Assembly: GCA_963754315.1 (NCBI GenBank)
Contig: CAVWFS010000003.1
Location: 64,001 to 128,000 of the forward strand
Direction: 5' to 3'
DNA from: an uncultured Candidatus Rokubacteria bacterium
Lineage (GTDB): Bacteria > Methylomirabilota > Methylomirabilia > Rokubacteriales > CSP1-6
DNA: 64,000 bases
Shown here one piece after another: positions 10,578 through 23,410 of the stretch. The stretch's first letter is position 1; every line of letters starts with the position of its first letter. A program made the translations under genes and the position numbers. Under the pieces are notes generated by a model. It saw only the letters and a program-made list of their open reading frames with translations. It searched no databases and was not told the DNA's origin.

Positions 10578-11873
10578 TTGAAGATCGACACTTCCCCCCC
10601 CCGTGGCATGCGCGACATCCTTCCCGAGGAGGTCGAGCTGCGCGATACCGCCATGGCGCGCATCCTCGAGGTCTACCGGCGCCATGGGTTTCGCCGCGTG
10701 GAGACGCCTGCCCTGGAAAGCCTGCGCCTGCTCACCGGCAGCCAAGGGGGAGAAAACGAGAAGCTGATCTTCAAGGTACTCAAGCGGGGCGATCGGCTGG
10801 CTGCCTCGACCGAAGAGAAAGAAGGGGCCGAGCTGGCCGATCTCGGCCTGCGCTTTGACCTCACGGTGCCCCTGGCCCGGTACTACGCCCACAACCACGC
10901 CAAGCTCCCCCAGCCCCTCAAGGCGATCCAGCTCGGCCCCGTCTGGCGGGCGGAGCGGCCGCAGCGGGGGCGCTTCCGCCAGTTTACCCAGTGCGACATC
11001 GACATCCTCGGCGTCCCCTCCGAGATCGCTGAGATCGAGCTGATCCTGGCTACCGTGGAGGCCCTGCTGACCCTTGGGCTCGGTGATCTGACGCTCCGGA
11101 TCAACGACCGCCGATTCCTGGTGGACATCGCCGAGCACTGTGGCTTCGCCTCCGATCGGTTCGAAAGCGTCTTCATCACGCTCGACAAGCTCGACAAGGT
11201 TGGGACCTCGGGGGTGCGGGCGGAGCTCGAGGCGGCTGGCCACCCCGCCGAGGCGGTCGCGAAGCTCATGAAGATCCTGAGCGACCCAGGGCTCGCGACG
11301 GGTGACGTCGATGATGTGCTCGAAGCGCTTCCGGTCGAAGGGGGAAGCGGGCCGGCCCGCGCTCTGAAGGCAGTGATGCGGGCCGTAGGGGCCGCCTCCC
11401 AAGGCCGCTTCGGCATCCAGTTCGATCCCACGCTCGTTCGTGGGATGGGGTACTACACGGGTCAGATCTTCGAGATCACCCACAAGGACTATCCCTCGTC
11501 GATCGCCGGAGGTGGTCGGTACGACCGGATGATCGGCAAGCTGCTGGGGCGCGAGGTGCCGGCCTGCGGCTTCTCCATCGGCTTCGAGCGCATCATCGCG
11601 ATCCTGCAGGAGCGCGCCGGCGGGCTCCCCGACCAAGGCCGACGCCTGGCCCTCGTCTTCGACCCCGCCGGCGACGACCTGGCCGAGGTGATGGTCGCTG
11701 CCGGTCGCCTGCGTGCTGAGGGATATCTCGTCTCGCTGCAAGTACGCGGCAAGCGGCTGCGCAAGCAGCTCGACGACCTGGCCGGCCACGGGTTCACGGC
11801 GTATGTGCTCTTCGGGACCCCCGAGATCCATGGGCTCGCGGCGGGGGTCGGGGAGCGGGCAACCTCGCGATGA
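10578..11873 (+). CDS. hisS: Histidine--tRNA ligase
   Basis: [40 protein letters not shown]. Confidence 0.95.
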   Translation: MKIDTSPPRGMRDILPEEVELRDTAMARILEVYRRHGFRRVETPALESLRLLTGSQGGENEKLIFKVLKRGDRLAASTEEKEGAELADLGLRFDLTVPLARYYAHNHAKLPQPLKAIQLGPVWRAERPQRGRFRQFTQCDIDILGVPSEIAEIELILATVEALLTLGLGDLTLRINDRRFLVDIAEHCGFASDRFESVFITLDKLDKVGTSGVRAELEAAGHPAEAVAKLMKILSDPGLATGDVDDVLEALPVEGGSGPARALKAVMRAVGAASQGRFGIQFDPTLVRGMGYYTGQIFEITHKDYPSSIAGGGRYDRMIGKLLGREVPACGFSIGFERIIAILQERAGGLPDQGRRLALVFDPAGDDLAEVMVAAGRLRAEGYLVSLQVRGKRLRKQLDDLAGHGFTAYVLFGTPEIHGLAAGVGERATSR

Positions 11874-11913
11874 CCGTTTGCCGACCTCGGGGATGACGGG
11901 CCCGTCGAGGCCG

Positions 11914-13710
11914 ATGCACGCGTACCGGAGCCTCACCTGCGGCGAGTTGCGTCCCCAGCACGTGGGGGCGACCGTTCGGCTATCCGGCTGGGTCCACCGC
12001 AAGCGCGATCACGGCAATCTGTTGTTCCTCGATTTGCGCGACACCTACGGCGTGACCCAGTGCGTGCTCGACGGAACCAGCCAGCATTTCCCGACGGCGA
12101 CCGGCCTGCGTTTGGAGACCGTGATCACCGTGACGGGCAAGGTGGTCGCTCGGGACGCCGACGCCGTCAACCCGAAGCTGGCCACGGGCGAGATCGAGAT
12201 GGTGGTCGAGGATCTGGCCGTCCAGTCGGTGTCCGAGACCCTTCCCCTCCAGATCAACAGCGAGGCGGAGTATCCGGAGGAGACGCGCCTGCGCTACCGG
12301 TTCCTCGATCTCCGGCGGGAGAAGCTTCATGGGAACATTCTCCTGCGCAGCCGGGTCATCGCGTCGATTCGACGGCGGATGATCGACGCGGGCTTCACGG
12401 AATTCCAGACTCCGATCCTCACCTCCAGCTCTCCGGAAGGCGCCCGCGACTATCTGGTGCCGAGCCGGATTCACCCGGGCAAGTTCTACGCATTACCCCA
12501 GGCCCCCCAGCAATTCAAGCAGCTCTTGATGGTGGCCGGCTTCGACCGCTACTTCCAGATCGCGCCCTGCTTTCGTGACGAGGACGGGCGAGCAGACCGC
12601 TCGCCAGGCGAGTTCTACCAGCTCGACTTCGAGATGTCGTTCGTGACCCAGGAGGATGTCTTCGCGGCCATCGAGCCGGTGCTGCACGGCGTCTTCGCGG
12701 AGTTCCGGCCCACCTGCACGATCACGCCACCACCCTTCCCCCGCATTGCCTATGACGAGGCCCTGGCCCGATACGGCAGCGACAAGCCCGACCTTCGCAA
12801 TCCCCTGATCATCGACGATGTCACCGGAGTGTTTCGAGAATCCGGGTTCGCGCTGTTCGCGACGGCCATCGCCGACAAGCACGCCGTCGTGCGCGGCCTG
12901 CGGGTACCCCGGGCCGGTGGTCAGCCGCGGAGTTTCTTCGACAAGCTGAACCAGTGGGCGCGCGAGCAGGGGGCGGGAGGTCTAGGGTACGTCGTGCTGG
13001 CGGAGGGTGCAGCGCGGGGGCCGATCGCGAAGTTTCTCGACGAGGGCCGCCTCGCCGAGCTTCGAGCGCGAACCGGCGCCGTGGACGGCGACGCGGTCTT
13101 CTTCGTGTGCGATCAGCGCCCGGCCGCCGACGCCTTTGCGGGACGCGTGCGGAACCGGCTCGGTGATGAGCTCGGCCTGATCGAGAACAACGTCTACCGG
13201 TTCTGCTGGGTGACGGACTTTCCCATGTACGAGCGGAACGAGGACACGGGGCGGATCGAGTTCAGTCACAATCCGTTCTCCATGCCGCAGGGGGGCCTCG
13301 AGGCCCTGGAGCATCAGGATCCATTGATCATCAAGGCCTACCAGTACGACATCGTGTGCAATGGCGTGGAGCTATCCAGCGGCGCCATCCGGAACCATCG
13401 GCCGGATATCATGTACAAGGCCTTTGCCATCGCCGGCTACAGCCGGGCCGAGGTGGAGGCGCGCTTCGGGGGGATGCTGAACGCCTTCAAGTACGGCGCC
13501 CCGCCGCACGGGGGATCGGCCCCGGGTATCGATCGGATCGTCATGCTCATCGCGGGCGAGAGCAACATCCGCGAGGTTATCGCGTTTCCCATGAACCAGA
13601 GCGCCCAGGACCTCATGATGCAAGCCCCCTCTGCGGTGCCGCCCGAGCGTCTGAAGGAGCTTCACATCCGGCTCGATCTACCCGTGGTAGACTTGCCCAA
13701 GGATTCGTAG
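11914..13710 (+). CDS. aspS: Aspartate--tRNA ligase (probably non-discriminating)
   Basis: [37 protein letters not shown] at 11914. Confidence 0.95.
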   Translation: MHAYRSLTCGELRPQHVGATVRLSGWVHRKRDHGNLLFLDLRDTYGVTQCVLDGTSQHFPTATGLRLETVITVTGKVVARDADAVNPKLATGEIEMVVEDLAVQSVSETLPLQINSEAEYPEETRLRYRFLDLRREKLHGNILLRSRVIASIRRRMIDAGFTEFQTPILTSSSPEGARDYLVPSRIHPGKFYALPQAPQQFKQLLMVAGFDRYFQIAPCFRDEDGRADRSPGEFYQLDFEMSFVTQEDVFAAIEPVLHGVFAEFRPTCTITPPPFPRIAYDEALARYGSDKPDLRNPLIIDDVTGVFRESGFALFATAIADKHAVVRGLRVPRAGGQPRSFFDKLNQWAREQGAGGLGYVVLAEGAARGPIAKFLDEGRLAELRARTGAVDGDAVFFVCDQRPAADAFAGRVRNRLGDELGLIENNVYRFCWVTDFPMYERNEDTGRIEFSHNPFSMPQGGLEALEHQDPLIIKAYQYDIVCNGVELSSGAIRNHRPDIMYKAFAIAGYSRAEVEARFGGMLNAFKYGAPPHGGSAPGIDRIVMLIAGESNIREVIAFPMNQSAQDLMMQAPSAVPPERLKELHIRLDLPVVDLPKDS

Positions 13711-13713
13711 GAG

Positions 13714-14703
13714 TTGAACGACACCACCGTCGTCACCCGCCGCCTGTCGCTGGCTCCCGACGTTGATCTTCTCCCTCTCCTCGGCCGCAACGACGACCAC
13801 CTGCGCACGCTCGAGTCAGAGCTGGAGGTGCGCGTGGTGGCGCGTGGTCACGATCTCACCTTGCGCGGAGAAGAGCGGCAGGTCAAGCTCGCGGAGCGTG
13901 CGTTGACCCAGCTCGCGGAGCTGGTTCGCTCGGGCGCGCACCTGCGGCCACCCGAGGTGCGGGCCGCGCTCCGCATGATCTCCGACGACGAGGAGGCGGA
14001 CCTCAAGGCTGTATTCACCGATGCCATCGCGGTCCCTTCCCGCAAGAAGCTCATTACCCCGAAGTCGCTCGGCCAGAAGCGCTACGTCGATGCCATCCGC
14101 ACCCACGACATGGTCTTCGCCATCGGCCCCGCCGGGACGGGCAAGTCCTTTCTGGCCGTGGCCATGGCCGTGGCCTCCCTCATGCGGCGCGAGGTGGCTC
14201 GCATCGTTCTGACCCGCCCTGCCGTGGAGGCAGGCGAGCGACTCGGCTTTCTACCGGGGGACCTCTACGAGAAGGTGCACCCGTTTCTGCGGCCGCTCTA
14301 CGACGCGCTCTACGACATGCTGGAGGCGGAAAAGGTCCAGGGCCTGATGGACAAGGGCGCCATCGAGGTGGCTCCGCTGGCGTACATGCGCGGCCGTACC
14401 TTGAACGATGCGTTCATCATCCTCGACGAGGCGCAGAACAGTACGGCCGAGCAGATGAAGATGTTCCTGACCCGTCTCGGCTTCAACTCCAAGATGGTGA
14501 TCACCGGGGACATCACCCAGATCGACCTGCCTACCTCGCGCGCCTCGGGCCTCATCGAGGCGCGCACGATCCTGGACGGCGTGCCCGGCATCAGCTTCGT
14601 CTATTTCGACGATCGCGATGTCGTGCGCCACCGGCTGGTCTCGGCCATCATCCGCGCCTACGACGCCCGCAGTGCCTCGCCCCGCCCGCCCGACGCGTCC
14701 TGA
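13714..14703 (+). CDS. phoH: PhoH-family ATPase (YbeZ)
   Basis: [28 protein letters not shown]. Confidence 0.95.
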   Translation: MNDTTVVTRRLSLAPDVDLLPLLGRNDDHLRTLESELEVRVVARGHDLTLRGEERQVKLAERALTQLAELVRSGAHLRPPEVRAALRMISDDEEADLKAVFTDAIAVPSRKKLITPKSLGQKRYVDAIRTHDMVFAIGPAGTGKSFLAVAMAVASLMRREVARIVLTRPAVEAGERLGFLPGDLYEKVHPFLRPLYDALYDMLEAEKVQGLMDKGAIEVAPLAYMRGRTLNDAFIILDEAQNSTAEQMKMFLTRLGFNSKMVITGDITQIDLPTSRASGLIEARTILDGVPGISFVYFDDRDVVRHRLVSAIIRAYDARSASPRPPDAS

Positions 14704-15164
14704 TGTCCACCCGTATCGACAATCATCAAGCGACCATTCCAGTGGATGCTCGGGCTCTCGGGCGGGCCGCGGAGCGAACCTTGGCCGCCGTGGGGCGCAG
14801 GGGGAGCGAGGTAGAGGTCGTCGTCGTCGACGATACTGTCATCCGCCGGCTCAATCACACCTATCGAGCGGTGGCGCGACGGACGGACGTGCTCGCCTTT
14901 CCGCTGGAGACGCCGGGTCTCGGAGGGTTGGTGGGCCAGATCGTGATCTCGGCCGAGACGGCCGCCCGCCAGGCAGCGCGCCTGGGTGTTCCCCTCGAGC
15001 TGGAGCTGTCGTTGCTGGTGACGCACGGCGTCCTGCATCTCGTCGGCTACGATGACCGGGACCCCGTGGAGGCCGACCTCATGCACCGCCGCGAGCGCGC
15101 GATCCTCGGCCAGGAGTCTCAGCGCGTTCCCGCCCGACTCTGGTCCGGCCTGCTTCGCGTGTGA
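14703..15164 (+). CDS. ybeY: rRNA maturation endonuclease YbeY
   Basis: TDVLAF and HGVLHLVGYD motifs; follows phoH. Confidence 0.9.
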   Translation: MSTRIDNHQATIPVDARALGRAAERTLAAVGRRGSEVEVVVVDDTVIRRLNHTYRAVARRTDVLAFPLETPGLGGLVGQIVISAETAARQAARLGVPLELELSLLVTHGVLHLVGYDDRDPVEADLMHRRERAILGQESQRVPARLWSGLLRV

Positions 15165-16069
15165 ACACAAGCGGCGGTCAGCGCGCGGGCTTCGCCGCGC
15201 TCATCGGACGACCGAACGTGGGGAAGTCGACCTTGCTCAACCGGTTGGTGGGGGACAAGCTGGCCATCGTGTCGCCGCGGCCCCAGACCACCCGCAACCG
15301 GATCACCGGGATCCGGAATCTGCCCGGGGCTCAGATCGTGTTCGTGGACACTCCCGGTCTCGCCGAGGCGGGGGGGCCGCTCGGCCAATTCATGCGCGCC
15401 ACGGTAACGCGCGCGGTGGCGGAGGTCGACCTCGTCTGCGTGGTGGTGGACGCCTCCGACCCGGCGGCCCCCGCGCCCGAGATTGCGGCGACCGTGCGAA
15501 GCAGCCCAGTGCCCGTTTTCTGTGTTTTGAACAAGAGCGATCGGGTGAGACCGAAGAGCCGGCTCCTTACCCTCATCGACGTCTGGCGGCGGGTCCATCC
15601 GTTTCAGGAGATCTTGCCCATCTCTGCCCTCGACGGCACCAACTGTGACCGGTTGCTCGAGCTGATCGTGACGAGCCTGCCCGAACACCCGGCCCTGTTT
15701 CCCCCGGAGGCCACCAGCGATCAGCCCGAGACTTTCTACGTGGCCGAGATCATCCGGGAGAAGGTGTTCCGGCTGATCCGCGAGGAAGTCCCCTACGCCG
15801 TGGCCGTCCGCGTCGACGAGCTGACCGAGCGACCCCGGCCAGCGTGCCTCTACATCGCGGCGCGCATCTTCGTCGAGCAGGATTCCCAGCGGGGGATCCT
15901 CGTGGGGCACGCCGGCCAGATGCTGAAGCAGATCGGGACGGCCGCGCGCCAAGAGTTGGAGAAATTCTTCGGGATCAAGGTGTACTTGGCCCTGACCGTC
16001 CAGGTGCGCCGCCACTGGCGGAAGGATGCGCACGCACTGCGCGAGTTCGGATTCCGGCTCACGTCCTGA
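15161..16069 (+). CDS. era: GTPase Era
   Basis: GRPNVGKS, PQTTR, DTPG, NKSD, C-terminal KH domain. Confidence 0.95.
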   Translation: MNTSGGQRAGFAALIGRPNVGKSTLLNRLVGDKLAIVSPRPQTTRNRITGIRNLPGAQIVFVDTPGLAEAGGPLGQFMRATVTRAVAEVDLVCVVVDASDPAAPAPEIAATVRSSPVPVFCVLNKSDRVRPKSRLLTLIDVWRRVHPFQEILPISALDGTNCDRLLELIVTSLPEHPALFPPEATSDQPETFYVAEIIREKVFRLIREEVPYAVAVRVDELTERPRPACLYIAARIFVEQDSQRGILVGHAGQMLKQIGTAARQELEKFFGIKVYLALTVQVRRHWRKDAHALREFGFRLTS

Positions 16070-16070
16070 G

Positions 16071-16834
16071 ATGGCGCTTGGGCGATCGGCGGCCGTGGTC
16101 ATCGGGTCGTTTCCCCTGGGGGAGAGCGATCTGCTCGTGACCCTTTTCTCACGCCAGTACGGGAAGGTACGGGGCGTCGCTCGCTCCGCCCGCCGGATGC
16201 GCTCGCGTTTCGGGGGCGCCCTCGAGGTGTTCACCCTCGGCGAGCTGATCTTCTTCGACGGCGGGCGAGGCGACCTGGTCCAGATCGACCACTTCGACAT
16301 CGTGCGGCCCTTCGCCCGTCTGCGCGACGATCTCGAGCGGCTCGGCCAGGCGGCCTGGACGGCGGAGTGCGTGGCGCGTCTCACGGCGGAGCGAGACCCA
16401 CACCCCGTTGTGTATGGGCTCCTGGTGCGGGCGCTGACTACCATTGAGGCGGGAGGGATGCCCGCCCGTGCTGCCTCCACCTTTGGTGTGCGGTGTGTCG
16501 ATGCACTCGGCCATCGGCTGCGTCTGGACAGGTGTGTCTTGTGCGGGATCCCCCCGCGAACGGGCGGCGCCGCCCTCGACGTGACGAGCGGCGGCGTGGT
16601 GTGCGGGCGTTGCGCAGCGGCCACACCCGGCGCACTCGCCGTGTCCCCGGCCGCTCTGCATGCTCTCAGATGGCTGCGCACCTGCTCATGGCCGGAGGCG
16701 ATGGCGGCCGTGCTTCCTCCCATCGAGAGCGAACTGCGTCAGCTCCTCGACGCGCACGTCGCCCACCTGAGCGGTCAGTCCGCTCGAGCGTCGCGCTTCC
16801 TGCGTGAGGTCGACAAACTGGTGGGAGGTCCACG

Positions 16835-16838
<4 letters not shown>
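16071..16838 (+). CDS. recO: DNA repair protein RecO
   Basis: GESD...[12 protein letters not shown]-terminus, CxxC..CxxC zinc finger, era-recO synteny. Confidence 0.9.
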
Positions 16839-17706
<868 letters not shown>

Positions 17707-17710
<4 letters not shown>

Positions 17711-19782
17711 GTCACGCGCTCCTCTTCGAGGTGGGAACGGAGGAGCTGCCGCCCTCGGAGTTGCCCGCCGTCGTTCGCGCCATGGAATCGATCGCGGTCC
17801 GCATGCTCGGCGAGGGGCAGGTGCGCTACGAGGACCTCCGCGTCTATTCCACGCCGAGGCGCCTGGCCCTGGCCGTGGCTGGGCTTGCCGAACGCCAGGA
17901 TCGACGAACGGTCACGGTGACCGGCCCCCCGAAAAAGGCTGCCTTCGACCCGAGCGGCGCCCCAACCAGAGCAGCGGAAGGCTTCGCGCGCGCCCAGGGG
18001 GTGCCCCTCGATCGGCTCAAGGTCGTCCCCACCGATCGCGGCGAATACCTCGCCGTGGAGCGCGAAGAGGGCGGGCACGCGACGGTCGACGTCCTGCCCC
18101 CGCTGCTCTTGCGGCTTGTGGCTTCGCTTCCCTTTGCCAAGCAGATGCGCTGGGAGCAAGATGGCGTACGCTTCTCGCGGCCGATCCGGTGGGTGCTGGC
18201 CTTGCTCGACCGCCATGTCTTGCCCGTGACCTTGGCGGGGTGTGAGGCTGGGCGTGTCACCTACGGGCATCGGTTCCTCGCTCCCGGTCCCATCCTGCTC
18301 GCGACACCCGACGAATACCTGCCGCGCCTGCAGGAGGCCCGGGTCATCGCGGACGTCGACGCGCGGCGGCAGGAGATCCGGCGTCAAATCGGAGATGCCG
18401 CCGGAGAGCGCGGATTCCAGCCTGTGATCGACGAGGCCACCCTGGAGGCGGTCGTGCACCTGGTCGAGGCGCCGATGGCGGTTGTGGGCTCGTTCGCGAA
18501 GGCCTTCCTCGAGCTGCCGCGGGAGGTTGTCGAGGCGCCCATTCGGCGTCATCAGCGGTGCTTCACCGCCCAGGCGCCGGACGGCAGCCTCCTGCCGTTC
18601 TTCGTAGCCGTCTCGAACATGCCGGGATGCGATCCAACCGAGATCCGTCGCGGCAACGAACGGGTGATCGGCGCGCGTCTGGCCGACGCGGACTTCTACT
18701 TCAGGGAGGATCTCAAGAGTACCCCCGAAGCGCGATTGGTCCCCTTGGGGACGATGGTCTTCCAGGAACGGCTGGGAAGCCTGCTCGAGAAGACGGAGCG
18801 GATGGAGGCCCTCACCGACTACCTGTCGGCGGGGCTGACCCCGGCCACCCGGTTCGCGGTGATGCGGGCCGCTCGGCTCTCGAAGACCGATCTGGCATCG
18901 GGGATGGTGCGCGAATTCCCAGAGCTCCAGGGCATCATCGGGGAAACCTACGCGCTGCGGGCCGGCGAGCTGCCGCCCGTGGGTCAGGCGATCCGCGAGC
19001 AGTATCTGCCGCGTGGCGCGGAGGACGAGCTCCCGACTTCGACCGAAGGTGTGATCCTCGCCATCGTGGACAAGATCGACACGGTCGTCGGGTGCATGGG
19101 CGTCGGCCTCGTGCCGACGGGCTCCCAGGATCCGTACGCCCTCCGCCGACAGGCCCAGGGCATCATCCAGGTCGCACTGGCGGCAGGGTTCGTCCTGTCC
19201 TTCACCGGCCTCGTCGATCGTGCCTTGAAACTGCTCGAGGGAAAGCTGACGGAGTCGGCCGAGGCCACACGGGGCCGCGTCCTCGAGTTCCTCCGGAGCC
19301 GCCTGGCCACGGTCATGGTGGGGCGGGGGCTTCGGGCCGATGTGGTAGAGGCGGTTCTGACCCAGGGCTTCGATGATCCCGTGGCCGCTCTCCAACGCGC
19401 GGAGGCGATCACTCGGTTCATGAGCCGGTCGGACTGGGAGGCGCTGGTCGTCGCGTTCAAACGCGCCATCAACATCCTGCCTGCCCGCGTCATCGCCGAT
19501 CCGGAGCCGGGACATTTCGTGGACGACGCCGAACGGCGCCTGTACGACCAGACACTCGCCGCCCGGCCGGTGGTGATGGATGCGCTCGGGCGAGGTGACT
19601 ACGAGACCGCGCTGACGGAGTTAGCCACCTTGCGTCCGGTCGTCGACCGATTCTTCGACGCGGTGATGGTGATGGACGCCGACCTGACCATTCGCGAAAA
19701 CCGCCTGGGGTTGCTCAGGGCGATTGCGGAACTGGTCCTGCCGATCGCCGATCTGAGAAAGATCCAGCCGGCAGCGCCGTAG
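17707..19782 (+). CDS. glyS: Glycine--tRNA ligase beta subunit
   Basis: [31 protein letters not shown]. Confidence 0.95.
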
Positions 19783-22066
19783 GTGGTGTCTCGCGGATGG
19801 CCGGCGCAGGTGTCGCGGCCCGCGAGGGCGGGGCCGGGGCGGACGGGGGCTGAGGACTGGCAGCGGAAACCGACGGCGTGCTGGCCGCGGGCAGGGGTGG
19901 GGTGCTGGGCGGAGACGGGGGTGGGCTGCCGGCCGCAGGCGGGGCTGGGGTGCTGGCCGGAGGAAGAGGCGGCGCGCTCTGCGGGGGGAGAGGGACGGGG
20001 CTCGCTGGCGTCATCTGGCGACGCGGTCCACACGTGCTTGCCGGCTCCGTCCCCTTGACGAAGGCCATAGGAACGACGCGGACGCACTCATTGGACGGAT
20101 CCATGTCCACGGGCACGATCACCACCCGCTCGGGAATGGGGAAGTCATCCTTGGGACTGTTGCCGAGCACCCGAGTCATGTAGGCGGCCCAGATCGGCGC
20201 CGCCAAGCGGCCCCCCGTCTCGTCGCGACCGAGACTGCGCGGACGATCGTAGCCGACCCAGACACCGGTCACGAGACGGGGCGTGAAGCCGACAAACCAG
20301 GCGTTCGAGTAATCGTTGGTGGTGCCGGTCTTGCCGGCCACCGGGCGACCCACGGCCTTGGCGGGCTGGCCGGTTCCGCGCTCCACGACCCCGCGCAGCA
20401 TGTGGGTGATGACGTAGGCAAGCTCGGGGGACACGGCCTCCCGGCCCTGCGGGACGTTCTCTTCAATGAGCTTGTCCTGGGCATCGGTCACGTAGCGAAT
20501 CACAGTCGCCGGGACCGAGACGCCCTGATTGGCGAGCGCACCGTAGGCCGAGGTCAATTCCAGCAGCGACAGGTCCGACGTACCGAGGGCCAGAGAGAGG
20601 TTGGGAGCGAGCGGGCTCTGGATGCCAAACCGCCGCGCCACCTGCACCGTGCGGTTCACGCCAACGCGCTCCTGGAGCTTGACGGTGACGACGTTGACCG
20701 ACTCCTCGATCGCCTGCTGCAAGGTCGTGGACCCTCGGAACTTCCGGTCGTAGTTCTCGGGCTTCCACGGATTGCCGTTGGGGCCCACTGCGTAGGAAAC
20801 CGGCGCGTCCTCGACCTGGGTCGCCGGGGTGAGGCCAGCTTCGAGGGCGGCGACGTAGACGAACGGCTTGAAGGCGGAGCCCGGCTGGCGCTTGGCCTGA
20901 ACGGCGCGGTTGAATTCGCTCCGGAAGAAGTCATAGCCGCCCACCATGGCGCGCACGTAGCCGGTCTGGGGCTCGATGGTCACGAGGGCACCCTCCGGGT
21001 GCTCGCCTGGTCGCGCCTTCGCGGTCCGCCCCTCCAGGGTCTTGAGCCCATCGCGCAATGACTGCTCGGCGACCAGCTGCATGGACGGATTGAGCGTGGT
21101 GTACACGCTCAGGCCGCCCTTGAAGACCATGTCCGCCCCGTATTTCGCCTCGAGTGTCTGCTGCACGTACTCGAGGAAGTACTGTCCTGTGGTGCGTCGC
21201 CGCTCCGGGGGAATGAGCCCGAGGTCGGCCTTGGCGAGCTTCTTGGCGTCGCCTTCGCTGATGATGCCAAACTCGGCCATGCGTCGCAGCACCAGCTCCC
21301 GCCGCTGACGGGCCGCCACTGGATTGTCGAAGGGCGCGTAGGCGGACGGGGCGCGTGGGAGACCGGCCAGCAGTGCAGCCTCGCGCGTGGTCACCGCCGA
21401 GACCGACTTTCCGAAGTACGTGCGCGCGGCCGCCTCCACACCGTAGGCGCCCTGCCCGAAGTAGACCTGGTTCAGGTACATCTCGAGGATGCGGTCCTTC
21501 GAATATCGGCGCTCGAGCTCGAGGGCCAGGATGGCTTCCTTGAGCTTTCGTTCTAGGCTGCGGTCCGGCGTGAGGAACAGGACCTTGGTGAGTTGCTGAG
21601 TGATGGTGCTTCCCCCCTCCACGATACGGCCCCGCCGGTAGTTCTGCACAATGGCGCGCCCGATGCCGATGGGATCGACGCCCCAGTGCTGGTAAAAACG
21701 CCGATCCTCGGTGGCGATCACGGCGTTCTGCACGAGCTTGGGAATCTCGCTGAGGGGGACGAAGATCCGTCGTTCGACATGCAGCTCGGTAATGAGGTCG
21801 TCGTTCTCGTCGTAGACCTTGGTGCCCTTCAACGGCTCGAAGTTTTCGAGGGCGGTCACGGAGGGCAATGAGCGAGGCAGGATGGTGAAGGCCCAGAGAG
21901 CGCCAGCCCCGGCCAGGGCCACCACGGAGAGGGTGAGCACGCCGAGCCCGATGAGGATGCCACGCAGCCAGCGTCGGTTCCCGGTGCGCCTTCTGAGGAT
22001 GCCGCGCAGCCAGCGTCGGCGCGCCCCTGCGCGCCGGCCGGGTCGTCGCCGCTTCTCGACCGCCAT
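19715..22066 (-). CDS. Class A penicillin-binding protein (PBP1A family)
   Basis: EDRRFYQH, GGSTITQQ, RKLKE, SAFK, SVN, KTGT; Pro-rich C-terminal tail. Confidence 0.93.
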   Translation of the reverse strand: MAVEKRRRPGRRAGARRRWLRGILRRRTGNRRWLRGILIGLGVLTLSVVALAGAGALWAFTILPRSLPSVTALENFEPLKGTKVYDENDDLITELHVERRIFVPLSEIPKLVQNAVIATEDRRFYQHWGVDPIGIGRAIVQNYRRGRIVEGGSTITQQLTKVLFLTPDRSLERKLKEAILALELERRYSKDRILEMYLNQVYFGQGAYGVEAAARTYFGKSVSAVTTREAALLAGLPRAPSAYAPFDNPVAARQRRELVLRRMAEFGIISEGDAKKLAKADLGLIPPERRRTTGQYFLEYVQQTLEAKYGADMVFKGGLSVYTTLNPSMQLVAEQSLRDGLKTLEGRTAKARPGEHPEGALVTIEPQTGYVRAMVGGYDFFRSEFNRAVQAKRQPGSAFKPFVYVAALEAGLTPATQVEDAPVSYAVGPNGNPWKPENYDRKFRGSTTLQQAIEESVNVVTVKLQERVGVNRTVQVARRFGIQSPLAPNLSLALGTSDLSLLELTSAYGALANQGVSVPATVIRYVTDAQDKLIEENVPQGREAVSPELAYVITHMLRGVVERGTGQPAKAVGRPVAGKTGTTNDYSNAWFVGFTPRLVTGVWVGYDRPRSLGRDETGGRLAAPIWAAYMTRVLGNSPKDDFPIPERVVIVPVDMDPSNECVRVVPMAFVKGTEPASTCGPRRQMTPASPVPLPPQSAPPLPPASTPAPPAAGSPPPSPPSTPPLPAASTPSVSAASPQPPSAPAPPSRAATPAPAIRETPPTALPAGSFSDRRSAGPVPQSP

Positions 22067-22074
22067 GTTCGAAC

Positions 22075-22131
22075 ATTATACTGGCGAGCCGTCCCCCGCG
22101 CCTTGCATGCTCGGGGGCCCCGTGGTACAAC
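22075..22131. promoter_or_regulatory. Divergent promoters for the PBP1A gene and tyrS
   Basis: Minus strand TATAAT at 22080-22075; plus strand TTGCAT-N17-TACAAC with TG extension at 22103-22131. Confidence 0.6.
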
Positions 22132-22140
22132 CCCGATGCT

Positions 22141-23385
22141 TTGGCCGCCTTCGCGTTCGCCCCGGTGGACGAGCAGCTCCGTGTCATCAAGCGTGGGACG
22201 GCCGACCTCATCGTGGAACGCGAGCTGGGCGACAAGCTCGAGCGGTCGCGGGCGCGCGGCGAGCCACTGCGCGTGAAGCTCGGTCTCGATCCGACCGCCC
22301 CCGATCTCCATCTCGGGCACACCGTGGTGCTCGGCAAGCTGCGAGACTTTCAGGATCTCGGGCATCAGGTCATCGTCATCCTCGGGGACTTTACGGGCAT
22401 GATCGGCGACCCGACCGGCCGCTCGGAGACCCGCAAACCGCTCACGTGGGACGAGATTCGCGCCAACGCCGCCACCTACCGGGCCCAGCTCGGGAAGATC
22501 CTCGACATGGATCGGGTCCGGCTTGAGCTGAACTCGTCGTGGCTGGGTGCCCTGACGATGGAGGACGTGATCCGACTCACCGCTCACGTGACAGTCGCCC
22601 AGATGCTTCAGCGCGAGGACTTCGCTGCGCGCTACGCCAGCGGGCGGGCCATCAGTTTGCACGAGTTCCTCTACCCTATTGCCCAGGCCTACGATTCGGT
22701 GGCCCTGCGAGCCGACGTGGAGCTGGGTGGAACCGACCAGACGTTCAATCTTCTCGTGGGGCGTGATCTCCAGCGGGCCCTCGGCCAGGAGCCGCAGGTC
22801 GCGCTCACCGTGCCCATTCTGGAAGGCCTCGATGGGGTGCAGAAGATGTCCAAGAGTCTCGGGAACTACGTGGGTATCGACGAGAGGGCCGAGGACATCT
22901 ACGGTAAGGTGATGTCGGTTTCGGACGATCTCATGTGGCGTTACTACGAACTGCTCACCCGGATCCCCGAGACCGACATCGCGACGATGCGGCGCGACCA
23001 CCCCATGGAGGCCAAGAAGCGGCTGGCCTTCACCCTGACTGCGCAATACCAAGGGTCGGGGAAAGCGAAGGCTGCTGCCGACCACTTCACAAGGGTGCAC
23101 CAGCAGGGTACTCTGCCAGCCGAGATCGACGAGTGCCGGGTGCACGCGTCCGGAGGTAGCATCCTGCTGCCCCAAGCGCTCCGGGAGGCCGGGCTGGTCG
23201 GCTCCACCTCCGAGGGACGTCGTCTCATCGGCCAGGGAGCGGTCGAGGTCGACGGTGAGCGGGTGACCCGCCTCGATGTGGGGCTGGCCCATGGGCGCAC
23301 CTACCTGATCAGGGTAGGCAAGCGTCAGTTCCGGCGCGTGGTGGTGGAGGGGGCCGGGTCGGATCACTCCGCAGAGAGGCCTTGA
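22141..23385 (+). CDS. tyrS: Tyrosine--tRNA ligase
   Basis: DPTAPDLHLGH, GGTDQ, KMSKS, C-terminal S4 domain. Confidence 0.96.
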   Translation: MAAFAFAPVDEQLRVIKRGTADLIVERELGDKLERSRARGEPLRVKLGLDPTAPDLHLGHTVVLGKLRDFQDLGHQVIVILGDFTGMIGDPTGRSETRKPLTWDEIRANAATYRAQLGKILDMDRVRLELNSSWLGALTMEDVIRLTAHVTVAQMLQREDFAARYASGRAISLHEFLYPIAQAYDSVALRADVELGGTDQTFNLLVGRDLQRALGQEPQVALTVPILEGLDGVQKMSKSLGNYVGIDERAEDIYGKVMSVSDDLMWRYYELLTRIPETDIATMRRDHPMEAKKRLAFTLTAQYQGSGKAKAAADHFTRVHQQGTLPAEIDECRVHASGGSILLPQALREAGLVGSTSEGRRLIGQGAVEVDGERVTRLDVGLAHGRTYLIRVGKRQFRRVVVEGAGSDHSAERP

Positions 23386-23410
23386 CAGCAAGAGCTTCGA
23401 CCCGTATAGT
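23382..23410 (+). promoter_or_regulatory. rrn promoter
   Basis: TTGACA-N17-TATAGT; boxA-like GCTCTTTGAAA at 23479 and GATCTTTGACAA at 25505. Confidence 0.85.

Noticed and set aside
9075..12002. 975-aa minus-strand ORF and other long antisense ORFs (e.g. 15119-16723, 17683-19515, 21856-23391, 41890-43431, 62697-63881)
   Set aside because: Shadow frames of well-supported genes in high-GC DNA, with no recognisable motifs
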